Part shown: positions 41,780 through 51,913 of the stretch, piece after piece
Layout: every line of letters begins with the position of its first letter
How positions within the stretch are numbered: the first letter of the stretch is position 1
Assembly: GCA_963785725.1 (NCBI GenBank)
Contig: CAWAWS010000029.1
Coordinates: forward strand, 85,138 to 149,137
Source of the DNA: an uncultured delta proteobacterium
Lineage (GTDB): Bacteria; Myxococcota_A; Polyangia; Palsa-1104
Reading direction: 5' to 3'
DNA length: 64,000 bases
Position numbers and translations under genes: made by a program
Notes under the pieces: generated by a model
The model's input: only the letters and a program-made list of their open reading frames with translations
Told to the model about the DNA's origin: nothing
Database searches by the model: none

Positions 41780-43415
41780 TGCGCGCGTCGGCGATTGCGC
41801 TCTTGGCGCTGGCCGGCTGCGGCGGCGTCGATCCCTGCAGCGGTCAGAGCGGCACCTGCGTGACGGTGACCGTGAGCTCGACGCACATCTCGCGGCTCGA
41901 TGATCTCGAGCTGACGGCGTCGGGCGTCGTCACCGGCCCGCGCTCGTCGAAGACGGGCAGCGAGCGGCTGCCGATCAAGCTGGCGCTGCATCTACCGGCG
42001 ACGGCGAGCGGCACGCTGAGCCTGAGCGTCGTCGGCGAGCTCGCCGGCACCGTCGCCGGCAGCGGGCACGGCAGCGTCGGGGTCACGCCGGGCGCGCACG
42101 TGGCGCTTCCGATCGACCTCGAGCCGGGCCAGCCGGCGGTCGGCGCCGACCTGTCGAACGGCGTCGCCGCCGATCTGTCGCTGCCGCCGGCGGGCGCCGA
42201 TCTGTCGGTGACCGGCGACGGTGCGCCGCCGCCGGTGACGTTCACGCCGACCGCGCCGGTCACGCAGGGCGACGTCGCCAGCAATCCGCTGCTCGGCGAC
42301 TTCACGCTCCCGGCCGGCAGCACGCTCTTCAACAGCGACACCGGCGCCATCAGCAACGGCGCGACCGCGCTGCGCGCCGCCAACGGCGTCTTCATCGAAC
42401 CGCGAGGTCAGCAGCGGCATCGCCTTCCACACGGCGGGCGGCGTCGGCATCTTCAGCTTCGCCACGCTGTCGGTTCCCGCGGGCGCGACGCTCAAAATCG
42501 TGGGCACGCTGCCGATCGCGCTCGTGAGCACGACGCACTTGAACGTCGACGGCATCATCCTCGCGCAGGCCATGGACATCAACGGCAACGTCTGCATCTT
42601 CACGGCCGATAGCGCGGGCGCGGGTGCGGGCGGCGCGGCCGGCATCACGCCCGAGCCGAACACGAAGAACGGCAAAGCCGGCGGCGGGCTCGGCGGCGGC
42701 GCCGGTGGCACCGCGGTCGGCGCAGGGTGGACCGAGCGTGTCGGGCGGCGGCGGTGGACATGCCGCGGCGGGTGGCGTGGCCGGTCAGCCGCAGACCGGC
42801 GAGAACGGCGCCGCCGGCGGCAAAGCCTACGACACGCCGACGCTGTCGCCCTATCACGGCGGCTCGGGCGGTGGCGGCGGCGGCGGCGCGGGCGCGAACG
42901 GCGGCGCGGCGGGCGGCGCGGTGCACTTGGTCGCGGCGCAATACGTCACCATCGGCTCGGCCGCGAGCGCGGGCGGCGTCAACGCCGGCGGCTGCGGCGG
43001 TCAATCGACCGGCAGTACCGCGGGCGGCGGCGGCTCGGGCGGCGCGATTCTGATCGAATCGCCGACGGTGCAGCTGGGCGCCGAAGCGGTGCTCGCGGCC
43101 AACGGCGGCGGCGGCGCGGGCATCCCGAGCAGCGGCACGTTCAACGGCGCCAACGCCAGCTTCGACGGCCAGGCGGCGCTCGGCGGCGGCAACCCGATCG
43201 CCGAGCCGACGCTGCAATTCGGCGGCAACGGCGGCGCCGGCGCCACGATCATCGGCGGCACGAACAACAGCGGCAGCGCCGGCCAATACGGCGGCGGCGG
43301 CGCGGCCGGCATCATCCGCATCAACTGCACGGGCGCCACGCCGTCGATCACCACCGGCGCCATCCTGTCGCCGAATCAGACGACGCCGGTGTGCACGTTC
43401 GGCGCCTTGATGTAG
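41779..43415 (+). CDS. Gly-rich lipoprotein (probable frameshifts near 42390 and 42730)
   Basis: MRASAIALLALAGC; TGATG coupling to the TPR gene; GGGSGGAILI-type Gly-rich blocks continue across track ORFs 41671, 42500 and 42624. Confidence 0.7.
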
Positions 43416-43430
43416 CCGGCTGACGGCGCG

Positions 43431-44199
43431 CTATTCGGGAATGTCGATCGCCATCAAGCCGACGGAGAAGCCGATGCCGAGATCGTCGGCGCGGATGACG
43501 TCGCCGAGGCGGCGGATGACCTCGTCCGCTTGGCGCCAGTCGGAGATGTAGACGTCGACCACGCGCTGGCCGTCGCCGCGACAGGAGTTGCCGAGGCCGA
43601 CGTTGACGTCCATCGGCGCGCAGGCGGCGGCGAGGCGGGCGCGAAAGCGGTCGATCCAGCGCGCTTGCGCGGGCGGATCGCTCGGCAGCGGCTGTTTTCC
43701 CAGGCCGTCGACCGCGAAGACCGATTCGACCTCGTATTTGGCGCAAGGCTGAACGCGGTAGCCGTCGTAGGCGCCGGGCTTCGTCGTGACGTCGCCGCGG
43801 CCGCCGCGATGGCTCGACGATCCACGTCGGGTCGCCGCTCGGCTTGCGCCACAGTCGCGGCGGACAGCCGCGCGGCAGCGGCGCGTCGTTGACGAAGGCG
43901 AGCGCGCCCGCTTTGACGGCGAGCTGCACGCTGCAGCCGGGCCACGGCGCGCCGCTCGCCGGCCCGAGCGCGACGCGATAAGTCCCGGGCGGCAGCGTAA
44001 AGTGCACGCGTCCCGACGGCACCGTCGCCGCCGCGCGCGTGCTGCCGTCGAGCGCGCGGATGGTCACCGTCAGCGGCGCGTTGGCGATCGGCGACGAGAA
44101 GTGGCCGGCGAGCTCGCCCATCGGCGGCGATTGCGCGGCCGCCGCACGCGTCACGCAAGCCACGCCGACGACGAGCGCCACCCACGCGTAGCGGCTCAC
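43431..44199 (-). CDS. Hypothetical secreted protein, frameshifted
   Basis: Signal-like [23 protein letters not shown] beta-sandwich; C-terminus in track ORF 43431..43613. Confidence 0.4.
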
Positions 44200-44439
44200 G
44201 ACGCGGCGGTCCGGCGCCGCGGCCGCTCGGCGCGGCGCCAACCAGGCGCCTCGCGACGCCGCCGCGCGCGGAGCTCGATCATGCGGCCGCGTCATCGGCC
44301 CATTGTCGTACGGGTGGGCGAATTCGCCCAGTCCTTGGCTTGATCCGCCCGCCGGCCTGCCTATGGCCATTGGCACGGAAAAGCGCGCCGCAGCGTCAGA
44401 TCGTGAGAGGAGCGCAGCCAATGTCCACTCGCTCGGTCG

Positions 44440-44834
44440 CCATCGCGACCGCTGCCTTCGCGTATTGGCCGATCGTTATCATTTGGTCGCGCCCGACTAT
44501 GTCGGCTTCGGTCAAAGCGCGGCGCCGCCGGCCGACAAATTCGCTTATACGTTCGACCACTGCGGCATTATGTCCTCTACATGCAAGACTATGGCGGTCC
44601 AATTGGGTTTGTTTGGCTCGCCGCTTATCCGAAGTGGCAGGCGTGGCTGCGCCAACGTCAGCCGCCCATCCTCGTCGTGTGGGGGAAATACGATCCGTCG
44701 TTTGCCGACGCCGGCGCGTCCGCCTACCAGCGCGACGTGCCAGGCGCAAAGTGCACATCCTCGACGCCGGCCACTTCGCGCTCGACGAAGAAGTCGACGA
44801 CATCGCCGCGCTGATGCGCCTGTTCTTGGCCAAA
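44440..44834 (+). pseudogene. Alpha/beta hydrolase (epoxide hydrolase-like) remnant with internal deletions
   Basis: [38 protein letters not shown] and LDAGHFALD in three frames within only ~400 bp; N-terminus and cap domain missing. Confidence 0.8.
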
Positions 44835-44946
44835 CAGCGCTCAATTCAGCCGTGATGGCGCTGCGATTCGCCGCTCGCGGCTCTTGACCGGCGCGGACAT
44901 TGACGGCTGGTAATGCCCGAATCCTTGGCATAGGCTGCCTGAACCA

Positions 44947-45780
44947 ATGATGGGCGCGTTGCGGACGTTGGGTTATCGCGCTTATCGGCGTGCGCAGCTG
45001 GTGACGTTGTGGAGCATGCGCCGCCGGCGGCTCAGCCTGCGCGCGACCGTCGGCGACTGCCCTATTTGCGAGCACGCGACCGTCTTCATGCCCCTTCACG
45101 ACTATGCGCGCGATGGTTATTTGTGCGCGCGCTGCTTGAGCATTCCGCGCTTTCGCGCGCTCGCCACCGTGCTCGCGCAGGCGCGTCCCGATTGGCGTCG
45201 CTGCGCGATCCTGGAAGCGTCGCCGGCGGGCGCGCTGTCGGAGAAGCTGCAGCGCGAATGCGCCGGCTATGTGGCCGCGAGTTATTATTCGAAGGTCCCG
45301 CGCGGCACGATTCATCGCGGATCGCGCAGTGAAGACTTGGAGGCGCTGACGTTTGCCGATCAGTCGTTCGACCTCGTCATTACGCAGGACGTCTTCGAGC
45401 ACGTCATGAATCCGGCGCGCGCCTTTGCCGAGATCGCGCGCGTGCTGCGTCCCGGCGGCGCACATGTTTTCACGGTGCCTTGGTATCACGAGCAAGTGAC
45501 GCGGCGGCGGGCGCACCGCGTCGGCGCGGGGCCGATCGTCCACGATTTGCCGGCCGAATATCACGCCGATCCGGTGGAGGGCGACGGCAGCCTCGTCGTG
45601 CACGACTGGGGCAGCGACTTTCCCGCGCTCGTCGCGCAATGGTCGGGCTTGCCGACTTCGGTGCATAGCGCGGAGCAGCGGACGCTCGGCATCATCGGTC
45701 AATTCATCGACGTCTTCGTCAGCCGCAAGGCGCCGCTCGCAAACACTGTTAGCGGTCCAACCATCGGTCGAGGAGGAAAC
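44947..45780 (+). CDS. Class I SAM-dependent methyltransferase with N-terminal CxxC pairs; no stop before the next gene
   Basis: CPIC...CARC, EDLEALTFADQSFDLVITQDVFEHV, RVLRPGG. Confidence 0.75.
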
Positions 45781-46773
45781 ATGCAAGCGCGAGTCTGGAG
45801 CGTGGCGACGGCGGGCGGTGCGTTTGGCGCGGAATCGCGGCCGCGACCGACGGTGCGCGAGCATGAAGTCTTGGTGCGGATCGCGGCCAGCGGCGTCAAC
45901 CCGCTCGACGCCAAGATCCGTCAAGGCCAAGCGGCGCACGCGCGACAGCCGCTGCCGGCCGTGCTCGGTCTCGACATGGCCGGCACCGTCGCCGAGGTCG
46001 GCGCGCGCGTCCAAACCTTCGCCGTCGGCGACGAAGTCTACGGCATGGTCGGCGGCGTCGGCGGTCTCCAAGGCACGCTCGCCGAGTGGATCGCCGTCGA
46101 CGCCGAGCTGCTCGCGCACAAGCCGAAGAACCTGTCGATGCGCGAGGCGGCGGCGCTGCCGTTGATCGCCATTACCGCGTGGGAGGGGCTGGTCGATCGC
46201 GCGCAAGCCCGGCCGAATCAGCGGGTGCTCGTGCACGCGGGCGCGGGCGGCGTCGGGCATATCGCCGTGCAGATCGCGCGCGCGTTGGGCGCGCAGGTAT
46301 TCGCCACCGTCTCGCCCGATAAGCGTCATTACGTCGAGCAGCTGGGCGCCACGCCTATCGACTACAAAGCGACGTCGGTCAACGATTATGTCGCGGCGCA
46401 TACGGCCGGCGAAGGCTTCGACGTCGTCTACGACACCGTCGGCGGCGCGACCCTGGACGCGTCATTCAATGCCGTCAAACGCTATACCGGACACGTCGTC
46501 AGCTGCCTCGGTTGGGGCTCGCATTCCTTAGCGCCATTATCGTTTCGCGGCGCCACTTATTCCGGCGTCTTTACATTGATGCCGCTGATCTCGAATCGCG
46601 GGCGCGCGCATCACGGCGAGATCTTGGCCGCGGTCGCGGCGCTCGCCGAGGCGGGCAAGCTGCGTCCGTTCATGCACCAGCGCCGCTTTACGACGGCCGA
46701 CATCGACGCCGCGCACGCGCAGCTGGCGGCCGGCGCAGTCGGCAAGATCGTCGTCGACATCAACGACGCTTGA
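45781..46773 (+). CDS. MDR-family NAD(P)H:quinone oxidoreductase / alcohol-dehydrogenase-like protein
   Basis: Own RBS GAGGAGG plus ATG 45781; VLVRIAASGVNPLD, HAGAGGVG, GKIVV. Confidence 0.88.
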   Translation: MQARVWSVATAGGAFGAESRPRPTVREHEVLVRIAASGVNPLDAKIRQGQAAHARQPLPAVLGLDMAGTVAEVGARVQTFAVGDEVYGMVGGVGGLQGTLAEWIAVDAELLAHKPKNLSMREAAALPLIAITAWEGLVDRAQARPNQRVLVHAGAGGVGHIAVQIARALGAQVFATVSPDKRHYVEQLGATPIDYKATSVNDYVAAHTAGEGFDVVYDTVGGATLDASFNAVKRYTGHVVSCLGWGSHSLAPLSFRGATYSGVFTLMPLISNRGRAHHGEILAAVAALAEAGKLRPFMHQRRFTTADIDAAHAQLAAGAVGKIVVDINDA

Positions 46774-46782
46774 GCGGGTTGG

Positions 46783-47913
46783 TCAGGGCGAAGGCTTGCC
46801 GATCTTCTCGATCGTCTGATCGGACGTGAAGTAGTAGAGGTTGCACGAATCGAGCGTCGCCATGGCCAGGTCGGGCACGTTGATCACCGTCTTCGCCGCG
46901 CCGCCGGTCAGCTTCGCCGCCATGATCGCCGACGTGCCCGCATCGAAGTCGAACACGGCCGCGTACGCGAAGTGCGCGTCGCCGAGCACCGTCACGCCCG
47001 GATCGGTGTTCTGCGGAAACGTCATCAGCGACGCGGGCGTGCCGCCGCTCACGGCCAGCGCCTGCACCAGCTCGTTCGGCGACTGCGTTGGAAACGGCCC
47101 GCCGGCCGGCCCGCCCTCGATTTGCTGGTTCGCCCACACGAGCTTGCCGCCGGCGAACGTCATGTTTTCGACGGCCAGCGTGTCCGACGCGTAGAACGTC
47201 GTCGCCGCGCCGCCGGCCAGCGGCGCCGTGCGAATGCCGGCGTCGCCGTTGCCGTCGCCGCTGCCCATCCAGTACAAGTTGCTGCCGTCGCTGGCGAGGA
47301 TGGCCGACGAAGACACCGCCTCGCCGTCGCTGGGAAACGGCAGCGGCGCCGCGCTCGTGCTCGCCGGCGCCGGCAGCTGCAGGATGCGCACGTTCTCGGT
47401 CAGCTCGCCGTCTTCGGTGACGATGTCCGCCTCCTGCCAATAGAGCGCGCCGCCGGCGATCACGATCGGCCCGAACATGTACGCGCTCTTGCCGTCGTAA
47501 GTCATGATCGCGCGCGGTGTGCCGCCGGCTTTGGGCACGGTGTAGATGCCGAGCGGCCCGGCCGCGTAGATGTTGGCGTCGTCGGCGGCGATCGACGCCT
47601 GCAAGCAGTCGACGGAGAAGCCGGGCTGGCCGCACGGGCCGCTCCATAACGTCGGGAACGTCGCCAGCGTCGTCACACTGCCGCCGGCGACCGGGACGAA
47701 GCTGACGGTGCCCCAGAATTTGTCGAGCCAGTAGAGGTTGTCGTCGTCGCTGAGCATGGCGTCGACGTTGCCTTTCCAGCTGGCCAAGAGCGTGGCGCCG
47801 TGCGCGCTCTGGCAGGTGATCGGCTGCGTGCCGTTCAGAAGCGGGCTGCTGCGACAAGCGGGTAAGGCGAGCGCGCAAACGAGCAGGGAAATGCGGCCAG
47901 CGCTGTTCGTCAT
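46783..47913 (-). CDS. Lipoprotein, probable beta-propeller
   Basis: Lipobox LPAC; repeated D..NLYW / IY blades and P..GG..T motifs. Confidence 0.7.
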   Translation of the reverse strand: MTNSAGRISLLVCALALPACRSSPLLNGTQPITCQSAHGATLLASWKGNVDAMLSDDDNLYWLDKFWGTVSFVPVAGGSVTTLATFPTLWSGPCGQPGFSVDCLQASIAADDANIYAAGPLGIYTVPKAGGTPRAIMTYDGKSAYMFGPIVIAGGALYWQEADIVTEDGELTENVRILQLPAPASTSAAPLPFPSDGEAVSSSAILASDGSNLYWMGSGDGNGDAGIRTAPLAGGAATTFYASDTLAVENMTFAGGKLVWANQQIEGGPAGGPFPTQSPNELVQALAVSGGTPASLMTFPQNTDPGVTVLGDAHFAYAAVFDFDAGTSAIMAAKLTGGAAKTVINVPDLAMATLDSCNLYYFTSDQTIEKIGKPSP

Positions 47914-48049
47914 GCGGGCGGCAGATTGCAACCGCCGCGCCGGCTGCGGTCGCCCGCGCGCGGCCAAGAAGCGTACGAAATTCAACGAAGGCGCAAACAC
48001 GCGAGCCTTGGAATTCCGCGGCCGGCGACGGATTTTCGCGGCGGCGCGC

Positions 48050-49738
48050 TTAGGGGATCGACCAGGCCGTGACGTGCGCGCTCGAGTCGGCGACGTAGAG
48101 AATGCCGTTGACGACGACCGGGCTCTGCCAATGCAGCGCGCCGATGGTCTTGTCGCTGAACAACGACGTGCCGGTCGTCGGATCGAGCGCTTCGACGATG
48201 TTGCTGCCCGCGAGATAGACGACGCCGTTGGCGACGAGCGGCGAGTTGCGCGCGTTGGTGTTCTTCCACTTCAGGTTGATGCTGAGCTTGCCGGTCGCGT
48301 CGGCGGTGACGGTGACGGCCGACGTGCCCGACTTCGTCGCCACGAAGATCCACGGCGTGCCGCTGCCGTCGATCCACAGCGCCGGCGCCGTCAGCATCTG
48401 CCCGCCTTGCGGGATCGAGATCTGCGCCAATTCGCCGCCGGTCTGCCCGGTCTTGGCTTGCCCGCTCAGGTTGGACAGGTCGACGAGGCGCAAGAGCGCG
48501 TCCTTGCCGCCTTGCAGCCCGATATGCGCGACGGTGCTGTTGGCGATCGCCGGCAACATGAGCGGCGCCGTGCTGCCCAAGTCGAGATCGTTCGTCTGCA
48601 GCGACGCGTAGCTCGCCGGCGTGTAGCTGTCGAGCGGTCCGCCATTGCCGGTGCCGTCGGCGTTGATGCTCATGAGCGAGTCGGCCCAGGCGCCCATCGT
48701 CGGCGCGAAGTTGCCGTTGCCGGTGGCGATGAACAGGCGGTCGAGCGTCGGCTCGTACATGCCGGCGCCGGCGCGCGCCCAAATCGCCGACTGCACGTTG
48801 GAGCAATCGGGCGTGCCCGGCGTCGTCACGAAGTGCACCGTCTGATCCGAGCACAGCGTGTTGAAGACGTTCTGCGCGCCCGAGCCGAGATCGATCGTCG
48901 TCAAGTGACCTTGGTAATCACCGTGATCGCCGGGATAGCCGCCGGCCGCGACATACAAATACGTGTTGCCGTTCTTCGCGGTGGCGAAGGCGAGCGGCGA
49001 CGCGCTCTTTTCGTCGAACGTCTTGGTCGACACGAGCTCGGGCCAGCCGCCGGTCGTGACCTCGGTGCCGTCGGCGATGGCGTGCTTGTGGACGTAGCCG
49101 TCGAGGCCGTAGCTGTAGACGAACTGGCGGCCGGGATCGAGCGCCGGCGACGACGTCGTGTAGCAGACGCTGGCGCCGTTGTTGATCTTGCAGCCGCTGT
49201 TACCGTGCGCCTTTTGCCACAAGATGGTGCCGGTGTGGCCGTCGAGCGCGACGATGTCGCCGGGACGCGTGGTGACGAACACGGCGTCGTGCACGGCGCC
49301 CATGACGGTCACGCCTTGCAAGACCACCGGCGCGCCGTCGACGTAGCTCGGCACCGTCGCGACGAAGAGCTGCTTCAGCGTCGCGACGGTGGTCGCCGTC
49401 AGCTTCGTCTCCAGCGTGTTGGCGCTCGTGTGCTGCGGCGAGCCGCCGAACTGCAGCCAGTCGTAAGGTCCGCTGCCGTTGGGCGCGGCCATGTCGGCGC
49501 TGCTCGCGCCGCCGCCACCGGCGTTGCCGGCCATGTCGCCGCTCGCGCTGCCGCCGGCGGAGCCGCCACCGCCCGCGGTCGAGCCGCCGGCTGCGCCGCC
49601 GCCGCCTGCGGTTGAGCCGCCGCCGCCCGCGGTCGATCCACCGGCCTGGCCGCCGGCTGCGCCGCCGCCGCTGCTTCCCGCGCTGCCGCAGCCCGCCGCG
49701 ACGAACAACAATGCCGCGCAGATTCCACTCGATCGCAT
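48050..49738 (-). CDS. PQQ-binding-like beta-propeller lipoprotein
   Basis: Lipobox AAGC, Gly/Ser linker, DWLQFGG, ALDGHTGTILW, DLDLGS, SPVVVNG. Confidence 0.8.
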   Translation of the reverse strand: MRSSGICAALLFVAAGCGSAGSSGGGAAGGQAGGSTAGGGGSTAGGGGAAGGSTAGGGGSAGGSASGDMAGNAGGGGASSADMAAPNGSGPYDWLQFGGSPQHTSANTLETKLTATTVATLKQLFVATVPSYVDGAPVVLQGVTVMGAVHDAVFVTTRPGDIVALDGHTGTILWQKAHGNSGCKINNGASVCYTTSSPALDPGRQFVYSYGLDGYVHKHAIADGTEVTTGGWPELVSTKTFDEKSASPLAFATAKNGNTYLYVAAGGYPGDHGDYQGHLTTIDLGSGAQNVFNTLCSDQTVHFVTTPGTPDCSNVQSAIWARAGAGMYEPTLDRLFIATGNGNFAPTMGAWADSLMSINADGTGNGGPLDSYTPASYASLQTNDLDLGSTAPLMLPAIANSTVAHIGLQGGKDALLRLVDLSNLSGQAKTGQTGGELAQISIPQGGQMLTAPALWIDGSGTPWIFVATKSGTSAVTVTADATGKLSINLKWKNTNARNSPLVANGVVYLAGSNIVEALDPTTGTSLFSDKTIGALHWQSPVVVNGILYVADSSAHVTAWSIP

Positions 49739-49881
49739 GGGTCGCCTCCGCACTGGTCGTCTCATCGACAACAGCGCGAGCGTACTCCGATGCCGATGCA
49801 GCGACCGCGTAAACTGCGCCGCGATCGGCCCAACTGTAAGTGCGCCACCTGTATGTTCGCGTGGCGCGTTCGCGAGCGCCG

Positions 49882-51102
49882 TTACATGAAGTTCGGCGTG
49901 TGCAGCATCGAGATGCGCTCGGCCTCGTCGCTGTTGAAGCCGGCGTGCATGAGACGCTTGGCGCGTCCGTCGTGCATCTCGGCCAGCAGCGCTTGGAACG
50001 CCTCGTGACCGCGGGCGAGCGCGCGCGGCTCGTCGCTGCCGGCGGCGAGCACGACGAGCGCGTCCTGAATCGGCGCCGGCACGCCGCCCACGCCATGCAA
50101 CGTCGCGCTGCGCCGGCGCACCGCGTCTTCGAGCCGCCGCGCCAACGTCGCGTCGTGCGCGAGCGCGTGGCGCACGTGCACGACGCCGAAGTGCACATGG
50201 CGCGCCTCGTCGCTGCGCGTGCGCCGCGCCAGCTCGGCCGTGGCTTCGTCGGGCGCAAAGCGCTCGACATAGCGCAACAGATCGAGAAAAGTCCCTTCGC
50301 CCAAGACCGACAAGAGAAAGGCGGCTTCGGTGAAGTCGTCGAGCGCGAGCAGCGACAGGAGCGAGCGCGACGTCGTGACGCTGGAGACGCCGAGCGCGCC
50401 ACCGCCGGCACGCGCCCGTCGCAAGAAGACGTCGATGTGGCGCGCTTCGTCGGTCATTTGCGTCGCCAGGAACTGCGCCACTTCGACGTAGGCTGGATGC
50501 AGCTTGGCCACGAAGCGCGCCGGAACATAGAGCGCCGACAGCTCGTTCTCGGCCAAGAACGTCATGATCTGCCCGACGGCGCGCTCGAGCGGCGGCGGCA
50601 GCGGGCGCACGAGCGACCACGGAATGTCGCGCGTCGCGTCCCACTGCGCGGCCGTCGCTTGCGCGTAGAGCTGGCGCGTCTCGGGCGCGGCCACGCGATC
50701 GCGCTCGATGAGGACGAACGGATAGCGCGGCCCGCCCGGCTCGACGTGAGCGCCGCGCGGCGCGAAGCCCGTGTCCGCGTCGGCGAGCGCCGGCTGCTCG
50801 GCGTCGGTCGGGTGCGGAACGTCGTGCGGACCGCGGCGAATGAGGTGATGATCGCGCGCATCAGTGGTATCGGGCCCGGCGTCGCAGCCGAGATAGTCGT
50901 GCCGCTCGATGCGGCACCAGGCCGGCAAATCCTGACGCAAGCCGCGGTTCGACGACGCCAGCGCGATGACGCCGCCCGGCGCCGCCGCCAGCAGCGCCGG
51001 ACGCAACAGCGCGAGCAGGCCGCCGCCGAGCGGCAGCGCGCCGCCGTCGAGCGCGATTGCGGCGGCGGCCGACTCGCTCACGCCGTCACCAGCCGGCACC
51101 AT
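49882..51102 (-). CDS. TusA-like N-terminal domain fused to a ferritin-like di-iron domain
   Basis: LDGG...PGGVIALAS...DLPAWCR...H; then ENE, DEARH, LGEG, DEARH; alternative GTG start at 51081. Confidence 0.8.
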   Translation of the reverse strand: MVPAGDGVSESAAAAIALDGGALPLGGGLLALLRPALLAAAPGGVIALASSNRGLRQDLPAWCRIERHDYLGCDAGPDTTDARDHHLIRRGPHDVPHPTDAEQPALADADTGFAPRGAHVEPGGPRYPFVLIERDRVAAPETRQLYAQATAAQWDATRDIPWSLVRPLPPPLERAVGQIMTFLAENELSALYVPARFVAKLHPAYVEVAQFLATQMTDEARHIDVFLRRARAGGGALGVSSVTTSRSLLSLLALDDFTEAAFLLSVLGEGTFLDLLRYVERFAPDEATAELARRTRSDEARHVHFGVVHVRHALAHDATLARRLEDAVRRRSATLHGVGGVPAPIQDALVVLAAGSDEPRALARGHEAFQALLAEMHDGRAKRLMHAGFNSDEAERISMLHTPNFM

Positions 51103-51901
51103 TGTTGGGCTCGTCGAGCGCGCGACGCAGGCTTTGATAACCCTCCTCGCGCGGCGGCATCCAGACGCGCAAGCCTTCGAGCTCGAGCAGCCGGCGATGC
51201 GTCGGATTCTCCCAGCTCATCGCGAACAGCGCCGTCTGAAACGCCTTCACTTTGACCTCGGACAGCGTCGGCAGCGCGTCGAACATGCAGTGGTCGAAGC
51301 CCGGCGTCGTCCACAAGACCTCGAGCTGTTGCGCGTCGACACGGCCCGCCGCTTGCTCGTTGATCCACACCAGATCGCCGAGCGCGCCCGCTTGCGCGCG
51401 ACCGTCGGCGAGCGCGCGCAGGACGTCGAGCTCGCTCGTGCCGGTGTCGCCGTGCTTGCCGAGATCGGTGTCGAACGGCAACAGCCGAATGCGCTCGATG
51501 GCCACGCCTTCGGCGCGCAAGAAATGCAGCGGCAGGATGCGCGCCTGCGTCGAGTCGCGGCTGCCGACGGCCAGCGTCTTGCCCGGCAGCTCGCCGATCG
51601 CGCGAATGCCGGCGTCGCGGCGCACGACGATCTTGGCGTGAAAGTCGCGATCGCTGTCGCGCATGCCGAGCGAGCGCGACTTGCCGCCGGTCTGCTTCTG
51701 CACGCGCACGTGGCCGAGCGGCGTATTCCAGGCGATATCGATCTTGCCTTCGAGCAGCATCGCCACTTGCCGCTCGTAATTCGAGAACAGCGCGAAGTCG
51801 AGATCGACGCCGGCGCCGCGGAAATAGTCGCGAATACCCTCCCAGATCGTGACGACTTTCGGATCGTAGGCGACCGCGCCCAATAGAATATTGTCTGACA
51901 T
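51086..51901 (-). CDS. PhnD/SsuA-like substrate-binding-fold protein without signal peptide
   Basis: NYERQV..L..GKIDIAWNTP, LPGKTLAVGSRDSTQA.ILP; TAAGGAG RBS. Confidence 0.82.
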   Translation of the reverse strand: MSDNILLGAVAYDPKVVTIWEGIRDYFRGAGVDLDFALFSNYERQVAMLLEGKIDIAWNTPLGHVRVQKQTGGKSRSLGMRDSDRDFHAKIVVRRDAGIRAIGELPGKTLAVGSRDSTQARILPLHFLRAEGVAIERIRLLPFDTDLGKHGDTGTSELDVLRALADGRAQAGALGDLVWINEQAAGRVDAQQLEVLWTTPGFDHCMFDALPTLSEVKVKAFQTALFAMSWENPTHRRLLELEGLRVWMPPREEGYQSLRRALDEPNNGAGW

Positions 51902-51913
51902 GTTTAGATCTCC

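Noticed and set aside
48050..49738. PQQ-dependent dehydrogenase
   Set aside because: Only propeller-type repeats are evident; the catalytic features of quinoprotein dehydrogenases could not be confirmed by eye.
51086..51901. Phosphonate ABC transporter or C-P lyase locus
   Set aside because: No phnC, phnE or phnG-M genes in the window, and the protein has no export signal.
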